From the NCBI GenBank assembly GCA_965205025.1, contig CBDBFU010000027.1, positions 70,294 through 134,293 of the forward strand: a stretch of 64,000 bases of DNA. Direction: 5' to 3'. Positions 42,066 through 52,294 of this stretch are shown piece by piece. The notes below the pieces were generated by a model, which was not told the DNA's origin, made no database searches, and saw nothing but the letters and a program-made list of their open reading frames with translations. Made by a program: the position numbers and the translations under genes. How positions within the stretch are numbered: position 1 is the stretch's first letter; the number at the start of each line of letters is the position of its first letter. This DNA comes from Candidatus Poribacteria bacterium. GTDB taxonomy: Bacteria; Poribacteria; WGA-4E; WGA-3G.

Positions 42066-45000
42066 ATGAATTCCTGGCAAGATATAATAGAACGTTGCCA
42101 CCGACGACACAAGAAAAGACTAAGACAACGCAAAACAGTTGTAACTCCTGCATTATATAAGCGAAATTTTTATCATTTTAAGGTTTACTGCTCTCGCCAA
42201 AACCACGTAATGCTTGATGAACTTGAACGTGCGAACATCTCATTCATGCCAATCGGGCACGCTCCGGAGAACGACAGCGGTCCGAAGGACTTAGGTGGTG
42301 ATCGTTTCTTGGAACGTCAACGTACACGAAGCTGGCGGGAGAGCAACTGGTTCACATCATGGGGAATTCAGATATACACCGGGATACCCTCAGAATTTGA
42401 TAGTGCGCGTTGGCACGACTTTGAATTCACATATCAGGCACTCTGTGCTGCTCCAGATGTAGTGATAACGTGTATTGAGGCACTCGCCAAGATAACTGCG
42501 AACCCATTATTGGTATTGACAAAATCGGCCGGACTCCGTTTTTCCTGTAGGGTCCCAGACTATCTCCATTCAGACAACCCAGCAGCGAAGTTATACATCT
42601 ACAAACATGCACCGACACCCGATAATCCACACCACCGAGATGTCTACCTTGAAATCCGTGGGAAAAATAGGTACAGTCGGTGGGATGCACGCTACGAGAT
42701 CCTCTGTGGGAATTTGTTAGCCCCACCTGTTATCGCCAAAGAGCTTCTTTTTGAACCTATAAATACGCTGCGGGATGTGCTTCACGCACCGGAACCATCG
42801 GGAGAAACACCCACTGAACCCATGCTCTCTATCCCAGACTCCCTCGGTTCAGACGACCTTGATCTCGCAAAAGAAGCGTTTCTAAAGCGCGGTTTTAACT
42901 ATCTCAAACAGGATATGGATTTTCACCACTGGGTTTTTCACGGGAACGAAGGTCAAACCGTATACGCCTGGTTATGGGAAGAACAAGGCATTATATCGGT
43001 TCGCTCTTCAACTCCTATCAACGGATTGATGATGAGAGGCGTGCCGATAACACGTATCTGGGACGACACCGGCATCGTGACACCTGCAATATCTGGTATG
43101 CCAATAACTGATGAAAAACTCGCTGTACGGGAAGGAAAACTAAGTCCCTTAGCTATAAAACGACCCAAACTTGTGTCTTCAGCCAAAGAACCCGGTAAAA
43201 AGGTTGATGCAGCAGAAAAGGAGAATACGGACTGGATACGACGTGTAGTCGATATGGACACACGTGTTATCGGAATCAATACGGATACAAATCCAGACAC
43301 AAATAACGAAGTAGAATCCTATCTCCGCAACGGTGGTGCACTATGCTTAAATATACCAAACCGCCGTTTAGCAGCAGCAGTAGAACGACGGTATGAATCA
43401 CTCAAACTCCCCTCTTATGCCCGTTGGAAAGCCCGGATGTATCAATGGGAGGAGGTGAAGGATATACCGATTAACGAGCGTATAGCAACCCCATTTGAAC
43501 GTGGGAACGTTTGTGAGGATGCTGATCGGTGCCGAATCTATGGACTAAAAGGGGGAGAGCCGTACGAAGGTATCTGCCCGAAGTGTCCCGTTTACACAGA
43601 ATGCCAACAGCGCGGGTATCTATCGCAAATCCGCTTATTACAAGATGCCAAGGTACAAATATCACCGACTCATCAACTGTTTCTCGACCCGCAACACGCA
43701 AAAGCATTGGAACAAATCCTTGACACCTCAGATGAAACAGAACGAATTTGTATGATTGATTACAGGAAAATAGATATAGGAGACCTATTTCTCAGATGTG
43801 AATTCTCAAAAAAGGTATTAGAGCAGTGGGCAGCAAACTGGCGAGGCATGGCATTAGGCAACTTTACGGATGCCCTACTGAAGGTGCTTGAACCTGAAGG
43901 TTACCCTAATGAAAACCCTACCGACCGTGTTCGAGAAACAGTCTACGCATTTCAAATGCATGAAGAAGAGATCGTCCGACAGATGTGCCAGATAAATGTC
44001 CGAGGGAAGGTCATAGAATACACGACTGTTGATCCAAAAACAGGAAGCGAATTAGCACGCCTACGCATAACGTTTGAAGGTGGTGCTTCTGCCGACATTC
44101 CTGTGGATGCTGATGCGGAAGATATACTCAGAGCAAACGAAATGCCATGTTTTTCATTCAAGCCGTTTGCCTTAAACGAGGATATCCAAATTCCAATGTC
44201 GATGGAGACAGCAGTTGCGTTAGAGGTTTTGGATACAGGCACTGTAGAGAAGATTCTGGAATTTCCAACTGTTTGTCGGCACCCGAACTGGACGTTATGG
44301 CATCAGCTAAAACGTTTCTTTACACATTACAAGCGAAGTATTGATGCCCCGATGTGGTGGGACGGCGAAAAACTGTCGTTCCGCGTTCCACCAGTGCTGC
44401 ATCCGAGCGTTAAACGCCTGCTGTTAATATCACCCTCCCTCTACGAAAACTATCTTCGAAGGATATTCCCAGATGACAAGGTTGAATTCATCTCCACAAA
44501 AGCGACACCGTGGGTTAAAGGCAACCGCGTCTTCCAACTACGCACTGACCACACAATCTTAAACGATGATAACAATTGGGACGTGCCAAGCCTGTCTAAA
44601 ACAGGAGAACGCCTCTTTACTGGAATCTGCGCAGAAATTGAACAAGACCCAAGTGTTCAACATACAATTGTCGTCAATACACCGATTTCCAAATTTTTGG
44701 TGGATATCGCCGAAAAGGAGAACGTCTGTTTCGTGAAAGATTTCAAAATGTTGCACGAAGAGGATACTGAATTTGAAGCAGCGCAGGTTGTGTGGATGGT
44801 CGGCACACCGTTCTGGCCACAAAGCACTGTTTGGCGACAGGCACAGATGTTATTTGGAAATGATGAAAAGCCACTTCTTTATGAGCAAACATCAGAGTCC
44901 GTTCACTATAAAGACGAACGCGTACAAGAGGTATACCAACAAAATATTGTCAGTTTACTCACACGCATTATAGGTCAGATAGGGATGAACCGTCTGCCCG

Positions 45001-45443
45001 ACAAGAAGATCGTGTTAATGACGAGTTTGGCACTGCCTAACATCACCGACAGACCGGAAACGCTACTTTTCGACTGGGAAGACTTTGAGGTCGCAGGTGG
45101 GTTGAATAAATTGCCTGAAGTTATCGCAACACGCGAACGTTTTGAAACAGAGGCTTCCAATTTAACTGCAAATTCCAGTAGAGAAAAAGTTGAACAGGTC
45201 TTAGGATGCTCAGCACGGCAAGCTAACCGGATGCTACAAAAACTAAGAGGCGGGAAACCGCTACGTGTTCCCTACCGAGAACAGATATTCTCTCTCCTTG
45301 CTAAAGGTGAAAAAAGGACTTCCGAACTTTTGGCAGCTATTGATGGACCTCCAAAATGCATAGACAATGAACTCAGAAACCTTATAGAAAAAGGTGAAAT
45401 TATGAGAGTGCAGCGAGGGGTCTATTCACTACCTAAGGCGTAA
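42066..45443 (+). CDS. 1125-aa paralog of 7314..10736 (Prim-Pol-like / Cys cluster / HTH)
   Basis: SWGIQIYTG, WHDFEF, LTKSAGLRF, LEIRG, CEDADRC...CPKCPVYTEC, LIEKGEIMRVQRGVY. Confidence 0.6.
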   Translation: MNSWQDIIERCHRRHKKRLRQRKTVVTPALYKRNFYHFKVYCSRQNHVMLDELERANISFMPIGHAPENDSGPKDLGGDRFLERQRTRSWRESNWFTSWGIQIYTGIPSEFDSARWHDFEFTYQALCAAPDVVITCIEALAKITANPLLVLTKSAGLRFSCRVPDYLHSDNPAAKLYIYKHAPTPDNPHHRDVYLEIRGKNRYSRWDARYEILCGNLLAPPVIAKELLFEPINTLRDVLHAPEPSGETPTEPMLSIPDSLGSDDLDLAKEAFLKRGFNYLKQDMDFHHWVFHGNEGQTVYAWLWEEQGIISVRSSTPINGLMMRGVPITRIWDDTGIVTPAISGMPITDEKLAVREGKLSPLAIKRPKLVSSAKEPGKKVDAAEKENTDWIRRVVDMDTRVIGINTDTNPDTNNEVESYLRNGGALCLNIPNRRLAAAVERRYESLKLPSYARWKARMYQWEEVKDIPINERIATPFERGNVCEDADRCRIYGLKGGEPYEGICPKCPVYTECQQRGYLSQIRLLQDAKVQISPTHQLFLDPQHAKALEQILDTSDETERICMIDYRKIDIGDLFLRCEFSKKVLEQWAANWRGMALGNFTDALLKVLEPEGYPNENPTDRVRETVYAFQMHEEEIVRQMCQINVRGKVIEYTTVDPKTGSELARLRITFEGGASADIPVDADAEDILRANEMPCFSFKPFALNEDIQIPMSMETAVALEVLDTGTVEKILEFPTVCRHPNWTLWHQLKRFFTHYKRSIDAPMWWDGEKLSFRVPPVLHPSVKRLLLISPSLYENYLRRIFPDDKVEFISTKATPWVKGNRVFQLRTDHTILNDDNNWDVPSLSKTGERLFTGICAEIEQDPSVQHTIVVNTPISKFLVDIAEKENVCFVKDFKMLHEEDTEFEAAQVVWMVGTPFWPQSTVWRQAQMLFGNDEKPLLYEQTSESVHYKDERVQEVYQQNIVSLLTRIIGQIGMNRLPDKKIVLMTSLALPNITDRPETLLFDWEDFEVAGGLNKLPEVIATRERFETEASNLTANSSREKVEQVLGCSARQANRMLQKLRGGKPLRVPYREQIFSLLAKGEKRTSELLAAIDGPPKCIDNELRNLIEKGEIMRVQRGVYSLPKA

Positions 45444-45580
45444 CATAGAAAATATAAAACACCCCCTAACAGCATTTACTCTGCAACAGCTAAAAACCAA
45501 TAATTGAAAACTATATGATTCCGTGATATTCATGTCAAATACTTTACACACCAATACTTCAGTTGTATAATTATTAACAT

Positions 45581-45756
45581 ATGTGATTCACGGAGAATGA
45601 GCACGTTTTAAATTATAAACCCTTACAGAATAAGGGTTCGTAAAATTGCTCCGTGAAGGTTTCCGTGAAAGTGAGATCATTTTAGAGCAATAAATATTAA
45701 CACTTTTCCATTCACATTATCCATACATCTAATATAATTAGGTCTTTTATCTCACT
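45581..45756 (+). repeat. Conserved ~177-bp non-coding element, copy 2
   Basis: See 26193..26370. Confidence 0.8.
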
Positions 45757-45956
45757 TTGAAAGTATAAGTAGCGTTTGTGATATTCTGATACAATTGCAG
45801 CGTAATGTTTAGTGACATAAACTCTACATACTCCTAACAATTAACTTACTTGACAAAAACTGTTATAACCTATTTAATAAAATGAATCTTACATTAATAA
45901 TGTCATGTATATGAGATCTTATGTATACGAGTGAATTTAGGAGATAAAAATATAGT

Positions 45957-46418
45957 ATGAAAATAGAAAAACGACTTGAAGAATTAGGTATAGAATTGCC
46001 GGAACCCGCGACACCCGTTGCGAATTATGTTACAACTGTGCAAACAGGAAATCTCATCTTTACATCAGGACACGGACCAGGTACAGGTGAGGGTAAAATC
46101 TATAAAAGCCAACTGGGTACAGATGCTACCATAGAGGAAGGATATGAATCTGCACGACAGGTTGCTATCGGTCTAATTAGTACGCTGAAACATGCCTTAG
46201 GGGATCTTGATAGAATCAAACGAGTTGTCAAGGTTGTTGGATTTGTTAACTCCTCGGCTGATTTTACGGACCAACCTGCTGTTGTGAATGGTGCCTCTGA
46301 TTTCTTTGTAGAAGTATTTGGAGATAAAGGTAAACATGCGCGATCCGCTGTAGGTATGGTGCAGTTACCGGGTGGTATTCCAGTTGAAGTTGAAATGGTA
46401 GTAGAAATAGAAGACTAA
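45957..46418 (+). CDS. RidA/YjgF-family protein
   Basis: PVANYV, FTDQPAVVNGASD, GKHARSAVG..LP..IPVEVE. Confidence 0.9.
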   Translation: MKIEKRLEELGIELPEPATPVANYVTTVQTGNLIFTSGHGPGTGEGKIYKSQLGTDATIEEGYESARQVAIGLISTLKHALGDLDRIKRVVKVVGFVNSSADFTDQPAVVNGASDFFVEVFGDKGKHARSAVGMVQLPGGIPVEVEMVVEIED

Positions 46419-46440
46419 TCACCTTACCTCGGAAGGAATT

Positions 46441-47634
46441 ATGGCAGTTCAAATTGTTGAATCACGCATACGCGGTTTTATCTGTACAAATGCTCACCCT
46501 GCCGGTTGTTCGGTAAATGTTCAGAATCAGATAGCCTTAATTAAGGAGAAAACCCAACAGAAAGCTGAAGGAATAAATGCTCTTGTTGTTGGGGCATCTA
46601 CAGGATACGGACTTGCTTCACGCATTGCATTGACGTGGGGATATGGAGCTAAAACCTTGGGTCTCCTTTACGAACGACCCGCAGATAGCAGGAGAACAGC
46701 CACTGCAGGTTATTACAATACATACGCTTTCCATCAACATGCAGAGGATGACGGTTTTCAGGCAGATAGTCTAAATGGAGATGCATTTTCTGATGAGATG
46801 AAACAGGAAGCGCTTACAAAACTAAAATCCAATTTCGGGAAAGTAGATGTCCTTGTTTATAGTATTGCTGCCCCTCGTCGTATCCATCCCCATACAGGAG
46901 AATCTCATAAATCGGAATTAAAACCTATTGGTAATTCCTATACTGGAAAAACTATTGATTTAAATAATGAGACTGTTGTGCCTGTAACGATTGAATCGGC
47001 AAATGACCAAGAAATTACGGATACAATCGCTGTGATGGGTGGAGAAGATCTGGAGATGTGGGTGGATATGCTAATAGATGAAGATCTCCTTGCATCAGAG
47101 GTTACAGTTGTAGCATATACCTATATCGGGAGTGAATTAACCTGGCCTATTTACCGAGATGGCACAATCGGAAAGGCAAAGGATGATTTGAAGGTTCGTG
47201 TAGATGCACTTGATGGAAAACTTGCAAACCTATATGGTGGTAATGCATATATTTCGGTTAACAAAGCTGTAGTCACACAAGCCTCTGCTGCAATACCTGT
47301 TGTCCCTCTCTACATTAGTATTCTCTACGATATTATGAATGAAAAAGGGATCAATGAAGCCCCTATAGGTCAAATGCAACGACTTTTCTCAGAACATCTC
47401 GGTCCGGGTTTACAACCACAACTTGATAATGAAAGATATATTCGGTTGGATGATAGAGAATTGCGACAGGATGTGACAGACATTGTCACGGATCGTTGGG
47501 ATAAGATTAATACTGACAATTTCTATGAACTTTCAGATTATGCAGGTTACAGAAAACGTTTTCGTAACCTATTCGGTTTTGAAGTTGAGGGTGTTGATTA
47601 TAATGAAGCAGTCGAAACAGAATTGATATTTTAA
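46441..47634 (+). CDS. fabV: Trans-2-enoyl-CoA/ACP reductase FabV
   Basis: [59 protein letters not shown]. Confidence 0.93.
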   Translation: MAVQIVESRIRGFICTNAHPAGCSVNVQNQIALIKEKTQQKAEGINALVVGASTGYGLASRIALTWGYGAKTLGLLYERPADSRRTATAGYYNTYAFHQHAEDDGFQADSLNGDAFSDEMKQEALTKLKSNFGKVDVLVYSIAAPRRIHPHTGESHKSELKPIGNSYTGKTIDLNNETVVPVTIESANDQEITDTIAVMGGEDLEMWVDMLIDEDLLASEVTVVAYTYIGSELTWPIYRDGTIGKAKDDLKVRVDALDGKLANLYGGNAYISVNKAVVTQASAAIPVVPLYISILYDIMNEKGINEAPIGQMQRLFSEHLGPGLQPQLDNERYIRLDDRELRQDVTDIVTDRWDKINTDNFYELSDYAGYRKRFRNLFGFEVEGVDYNEAVETELIF

Positions 47635-47644
47635 GGAGAAACTT

Positions 47645-48367
47645 ATGGCAGGACCTTTAGTTACAGTTTGGAATGAATTTAGACATGAAAAAACTAATGA
47701 AACTATCAAGAAAATATATCCAAAAGGTATCCACTCGGTAATCGCAGATGGATTGAGTGAACACGGTATTGAAACGTTGACCGCTACATTAGATGAACCG
47801 GAACACGGTTTAACTGATGCTGTGTTGGAAAAGACGGATGTATTAATATGGTGGGGACACGCTGCTCACGGTGCTGTAGAAGATGAAATCGCAGATAAAG
47901 TAAAAGCACGAGTATTACAAGGAATGGGATTGATAGTCCTACATTCAGGACACTATTCTAAACCCTTTGTACGATTAATGGGAACATCATGTAGTCTCAA
48001 ATGGCGTGAAGCAGCAGAGAAGGAACGTATTTGGGTTATTGAACATGGACACCCGATTGTTGATGGTCTTGGTGAATACTTTGAAATTGAACATGCAGAA
48101 ATGTATGGTGAACCGTTCGATATTCCAGAACCAGATACACTTGTTTTTATTAGCTGGTTTCCTGGTGGAGAAGTTTTCCGAAGTGGATGCTGTTATTATC
48201 GTGGTAGAGGAAAGATATTTTACTTCCGTCCGGGTCATGAAACCTATCCGATATATTATGACAAGAATGTTCGGCATGTCATCGCAAATGCAGCCAAATG
48301 GGCGGCACTTGGGGATGCACCTAAACCTGTATTCGGAAATGCCAAACCGTTAGAACCGCTTAGTTAA
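47645..48367 (+). CDS. ThuA-domain (trehalose utilisation-like) protein
   Basis: [38 protein letters not shown]. Confidence 0.9.
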   Translation: MAGPLVTVWNEFRHEKTNETIKKIYPKGIHSVIADGLSEHGIETLTATLDEPEHGLTDAVLEKTDVLIWWGHAAHGAVEDEIADKVKARVLQGMGLIVLHSGHYSKPFVRLMGTSCSLKWREAAEKERIWVIEHGHPIVDGLGEYFEIEHAEMYGEPFDIPEPDTLVFISWFPGGEVFRSGCCYYRGRGKIFYFRPGHETYPIYYDKNVRHVIANAAKWAALGDAPKPVFGNAKPLEPLS

Positions 48368-48440
48368 GATACCCCAACTTCTAACTAACAAGAATCAAGT
48401 TGGTTAGGTATTGTACCTAATCAACTTGATTAATTTAACA

Positions 48441-49925
48441 ATGAAGAACAACGATACGCAGAATATAGAAAAGATTGATATTCCACCTGTGACCGGAGCA
48501 TTTTCTGAACCGTGGTCATTAAAGAAGATATTTGCCTTGGCATCTGTCTTTGGTCCCGCAGCAATTGTAGCATCTGTGAGTATTGGGGCGGGAGAGACGA
48601 TAGTAGTTGTTCGTGCTGGTGCCTGGGCAGGTTACGATTTACTGTGGCTTGTGCTCCTCAGTTGCGTTGTTAAGGGTGTGTTTGTAACTTATCTTCTTGG
48701 TCGGTATACAGCGGTCAGTGGAGAATATATCGGTAATCGTCTTGCGAAATTACCTGGACCACGGGGTTGGTTATTAATTGCAATTGTTATATTTGAGATG
48801 GTTGGTGCCCCATTAGCTTGGGTTCCCATTGCCAAACCGTGCGGTGCGTTGCTCCATTTTCTCCTGGAGAGCAGACTACCCTCATCAGTTTCGGTGACAG
48901 TCTGGCAAAACCTTCTTACCTCCTGCTTTATTACATTAGCTTTACTTTTCGGTTTACGTCTTTCCTTTGAAAAGTTAGAAAAACAGCAACTGATCATCTG
49001 TGGAATACTTGTCGCTGGAACTGTTATAGGGACACTCATGGTTCGACCTGATATTGGTAAAGCCATTATTGGAAGTCTTAGTATTGGACATATACCCGAA
49101 TTTCCAGAATGGACACCACAGGATGCAGTGAAAAATCCATTATTAACTATGGCGACAACATTCGGTTATGTTGGTGGTTCTGTGATGGGGTATATTGTCT
49201 ATGCAAACTGGGTAAGTATACATAAATGGGGGATGACAGCACATAAGAACATAATTGGTATCCGAAACCTTGCTGGAACTCGGGATAGAATCGATTACCT
49301 ACCTGAAAGTCGTGATCAAGTAAGTCAATTACGCAAAATTCTCTCTCCATTGCGATGGGATATAGGCATGGGTGCTGTTGTATTGTTCATCGTAACCGGT
49401 GCTTTTATGCTGTCTGGTGCGGCAGTATTGTATGATCTTAGAAGTTCTTTTGACGGATGGAGTTTACTTACAGATCAAGCGAGTGTATGGAAAAATATCC
49501 ATTCCTCACTTGTATGGGTTTACTATATCTGTATTGTAGTTGCCCTATGGGGTACGTTACAAGCACTTCCTGAAATATACGCACGTGTAATCCAAGAATT
49601 CTTTCAAGCTATATGGCAAGATCGGGAATGGAACTATGATAAGATACGTCGGTGGATTTGTCTATATATATTCATTACAACTATGGTTATTATTTGGTTA
49701 AATATACCATTTGATATCTTGACACAGATTGCAGGTTTTATATTGGCAAATTTCTCAATTGCTTTGATGATGCTTGCTGCGATTTATCTGAATTTCAAAC
49801 TTCCCCGTGTTTATCGCACCGGTCCATTGATGTTTATTGGTTCACTTGTTTCCGCAGTTGTGCTCATTCTGTTTGCTGGAATTAGCGGATGGGGGTTGTT
49901 TGCTAAACTTTTTACGGGAAGTTAG
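48441..49925 (+). CDS. Nramp-like (APC superfamily) transporter
   Basis: FGPAAIVASVSIGAGE, GYDLLW, GRYTAVSGE; multiple TM segments. Confidence 0.75.
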   Translation: MKNNDTQNIEKIDIPPVTGAFSEPWSLKKIFALASVFGPAAIVASVSIGAGETIVVVRAGAWAGYDLLWLVLLSCVVKGVFVTYLLGRYTAVSGEYIGNRLAKLPGPRGWLLIAIVIFEMVGAPLAWVPIAKPCGALLHFLLESRLPSSVSVTVWQNLLTSCFITLALLFGLRLSFEKLEKQQLIICGILVAGTVIGTLMVRPDIGKAIIGSLSIGHIPEFPEWTPQDAVKNPLLTMATTFGYVGGSVMGYIVYANWVSIHKWGMTAHKNIIGIRNLAGTRDRIDYLPESRDQVSQLRKILSPLRWDIGMGAVVLFIVTGAFMLSGAAVLYDLRSSFDGWSLLTDQASVWKNIHSSLVWVYYICIVVALWGTLQALPEIYARVIQEFFQAIWQDREWNYDKIRRWICLYIFITTMVIIWLNIPFDILTQIAGFILANFSIALMMLAAIYLNFKLPRVYRTGPLMFIGSLVSAVVLILFAGISGWGLFAKLFTGS

Positions 49926-50028
49926 ATTAGTTAGAGACCCGTTTTTGGTATTGATACAAATATGTTGACACCATAATAGTTAAAAATGTAGAATTTACCA
50001 CAACACTGATGTACTAAGGAGATGACCC

Positions 50029-50751
50029 ATGGGAGATAATAAGACGAACGTTGAACAATTACTACAGAATGGATACTATCTAATTGAAGGCGCATTGTCT
50101 TCTGAAGAGACCGAACATATTAGACAACGCGTGAATTATGCACGCGAACAGGGATGGGAAGAAGGGTTAAATGCTGTAGGAAATATGTGGTTTGATTCCC
50201 TACTTGATCGTGAACCTGATACATATCAACCGCTTGTAGGACATCCGAGTGTGCGACCCTATCTTGAAGGTTTGATGGGTAAACAATGTCAACTACGAAG
50301 TCTTCGCGCACATATCAATCCCGGTCCATATCTACAAGAATGGCACATGGATTTTTATGGTTACTGGCATGAGAAACGGTATGTAGAAGAACATCCTTTT
50401 GCCATGGCACCGGCTGGTATCAACACAACTTACTACTTTCAGGATAATGATCCGGGTGAAGGACATCTTAAATTCGTAAAAGATGGACATATAAATGAAC
50501 CACCCCATCTATATCCTTTAGACCGTCCTAAATTTGAAGAATGGTGCGAGTCACAAGAGCATGTTATTCTATACCCAAAAGCAGGGGATTGTGTTGTTTT
50601 TATCAACCATATGCCACACCAAGGTGCGAAAGAGCGAGATGACATGGAGCGGAGTAATGTCGTATGCCACTACCAAGTTACACCAATGTATGATGGGGTT
50701 TGGCATGTCTCTCGACCTCGCGGATATCAAGGGACCTTCCCATTTGCATAG
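50029..50751 (+). CDS. Phytanoyl-CoA dioxygenase family (Fe/2OG) protein
   Basis: GYYLIEGALS, WHMD, KAGDCVVF..HMPH.G, terminal Arg; upstream TTGACA-18 bp-TAGAAT. Confidence 0.85.
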   Translation: MGDNKTNVEQLLQNGYYLIEGALSSEETEHIRQRVNYAREQGWEEGLNAVGNMWFDSLLDREPDTYQPLVGHPSVRPYLEGLMGKQCQLRSLRAHINPGPYLQEWHMDFYGYWHEKRYVEEHPFAMAPAGINTTYYFQDNDPGEGHLKFVKDGHINEPPHLYPLDRPKFEEWCESQEHVILYPKAGDCVVFINHMPHQGAKERDDMERSNVVCHYQVTPMYDGVWHVSRPRGYQGTFPFA

Positions 50752-50847
50752 AAAAAATAGATTATAGGATTGTTGTACTCTCTCTATCTGTTCTAACTGT
50801 TCTGATCAAATACAGTTATCTCTCAGATTGTCTTACCTCTGATATCT

Positions 50848-50885
50848 TGATATATATTATGTCTGTTCAGACATAATATATATCA
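50848..50885. repeat. Perfect inverted repeat with 18-bp arms
   Basis: TGATATATATTATGTCTG-TT-CAGACATAATATATATCA. Confidence 0.85.
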
Positions 50886-51170
50886 TATTGTATTGTATCT
50901 TGAGTTAGCACTAATTGATATTTCGTTTTTGGGTATCCTCTTTATTATAGGATGGATCCCAATGCCAACTCTTAGACCATCCTATGATGTCTTAGATAAA
51001 AAATATAGAATTCATCTAATCATATTTGTTGTTAATATCCTACCCAGCAATATAAAAGTTCAATCATTGGTCCAGTGTAGCAATATGTCTGTAGAAAAGT
51101 CAAAACATGGTTTATAAATGGAGCAATTAAACATATCCTAATGAACAAATTTTCACAGTTTTAGATTTTA

Positions 51171-51334
51171 TACCAATTCTAATTGATTAGTTTACATTAT
51201 TAGCATTCGGAAAAGTTAATTTACTTGAATAGGTATTGTATAGACATTCCGTCCCTACGGGACTCCAATTTTTATAGTAAATTAGTCCTATTTAGATGAG
51301 AATCGTAATGTAGATAGTTCAATTAAAAACGGTA
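51171..51334. mobile_element. TACC...GGTA MITE with a TTA duplication, carrying a tnpA-type REP
   Basis: TTA|TACCAATTCT...AAAAACGGTA|TTA; GTCCCTACGGGAC inside. Confidence 0.65.
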
Positions 51335-51354
51335 TTACTATAAAGGAAAACAAG

Positions 51355-52137
51355 ATGCAGAAATATATGATTCTCTTAATTGCCTTAGTCTATTTGATAG
51401 GGTTGTGTCAATCATTCTGTGTTGCCCAAGAATTAGAAGGATTAGTCGTCTATTTTGCATTTGAAGATGGTAGTGGGAAAACCGTTACAGATCTTTCAGG
51501 TAATGGAAACGATGGTACATTAGAAGGTGATACTGGTTGGGGAGATGGGAAATATGGCAAAGGACTCAATTTTGGTGGAAAGAATGGGATAGTTCGTGTT
51601 AAGCATTCTCATCACTTTGAATTCACAGACGGAATTACCATCTGTGCATGGGTTCGTCCTACGTTAGAAGTCGGTGCTGGTACGTGGCAACTGATTGCTG
51701 CTAAAGGACCAGATGTAGATGAATTCTTCGAAATCTTACTTCATCCAGATGGATTTATTTGGATGGGATGGAGGTTGACAGGTGGACGCGTTGTGCCAGC
51801 ACAGAGTCCCAGAAATGTCGTTAAAGATAAATGGCAACATGTCGCCGTTTCCTTTAAGACAAAGGATTGGTGGACAGTCTATCTTGATGGTAAGGTGTTA
51901 ATTAACCACCCGAAACAGAATGAGAAATTATTTCCTGTTGAATCCCCTCTGCTCCTGGGTACTGAAGAACCCCTCAATTTAAATCGATACTACAATGGTG
52001 AAATGGATGAGTTTGCTATTTTTAACCGTGGACTTACTGATAAAGAAATTGGAATGGTTCAAGATGGTATTCAAGATCTCCTACCCGTGGAACCAACAGA
52101 GAAACTACCAATTATTTGGGGTTTGCTGAAAAAGTAA
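51355..52137 (+). CDS. Secreted LamG (concanavalin A-like) domain protein with a WGxxK tail
   Basis: Signal peptide; DLSGNGNDG, WQHVA, YLDG, GEMDEFAIFNRGLT; ends VEPTEKLPIIWGLLKK. Confidence 0.9.
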   Translation: MQKYMILLIALVYLIGLCQSFCVAQELEGLVVYFAFEDGSGKTVTDLSGNGNDGTLEGDTGWGDGKYGKGLNFGGKNGIVRVKHSHHFEFTDGITICAWVRPTLEVGAGTWQLIAAKGPDVDEFFEILLHPDGFIWMGWRLTGGRVVPAQSPRNVVKDKWQHVAVSFKTKDWWTVYLDGKVLINHPKQNEKLFPVESPLLLGTEEPLNLNRYYNGEMDEFAIFNRGLTDKEIGMVQDGIQDLLPVEPTEKLPIIWGLLKK

Positions 52138-52153
52138 ACTTAATACTAATGTA

Positions 52154-52265
52154 TGCCAAATTGGCAGACAACATGAAATTTAAACGCTTAGTATAACTGC
52201 CAAATTGACTTGTAGAGAAATGATAACCTACTATATCAGCATGTAAGGTTGGCACAGATATTGCT
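52154..52265 (+). promoter_or_regulatory. sigma54 -24/-12 promoter of dnaK with upstream palindromic boxes
   Basis: TTGGCAC-AGATA-TTGCT (52249-52265); TGCCAAATTGGCA (52154) and TGCCAAATTGAC (52198). Confidence 0.7.
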
Positions 52266-52294
52266 ATTACTATATCAGTTTATCAGTTGTTTTC

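Noticed and set aside
50893-51117. 74-aa ORF in the AT-rich spacer
   Set aside because: TTG start, no RBS and no recognisable motif; cannot be supported.
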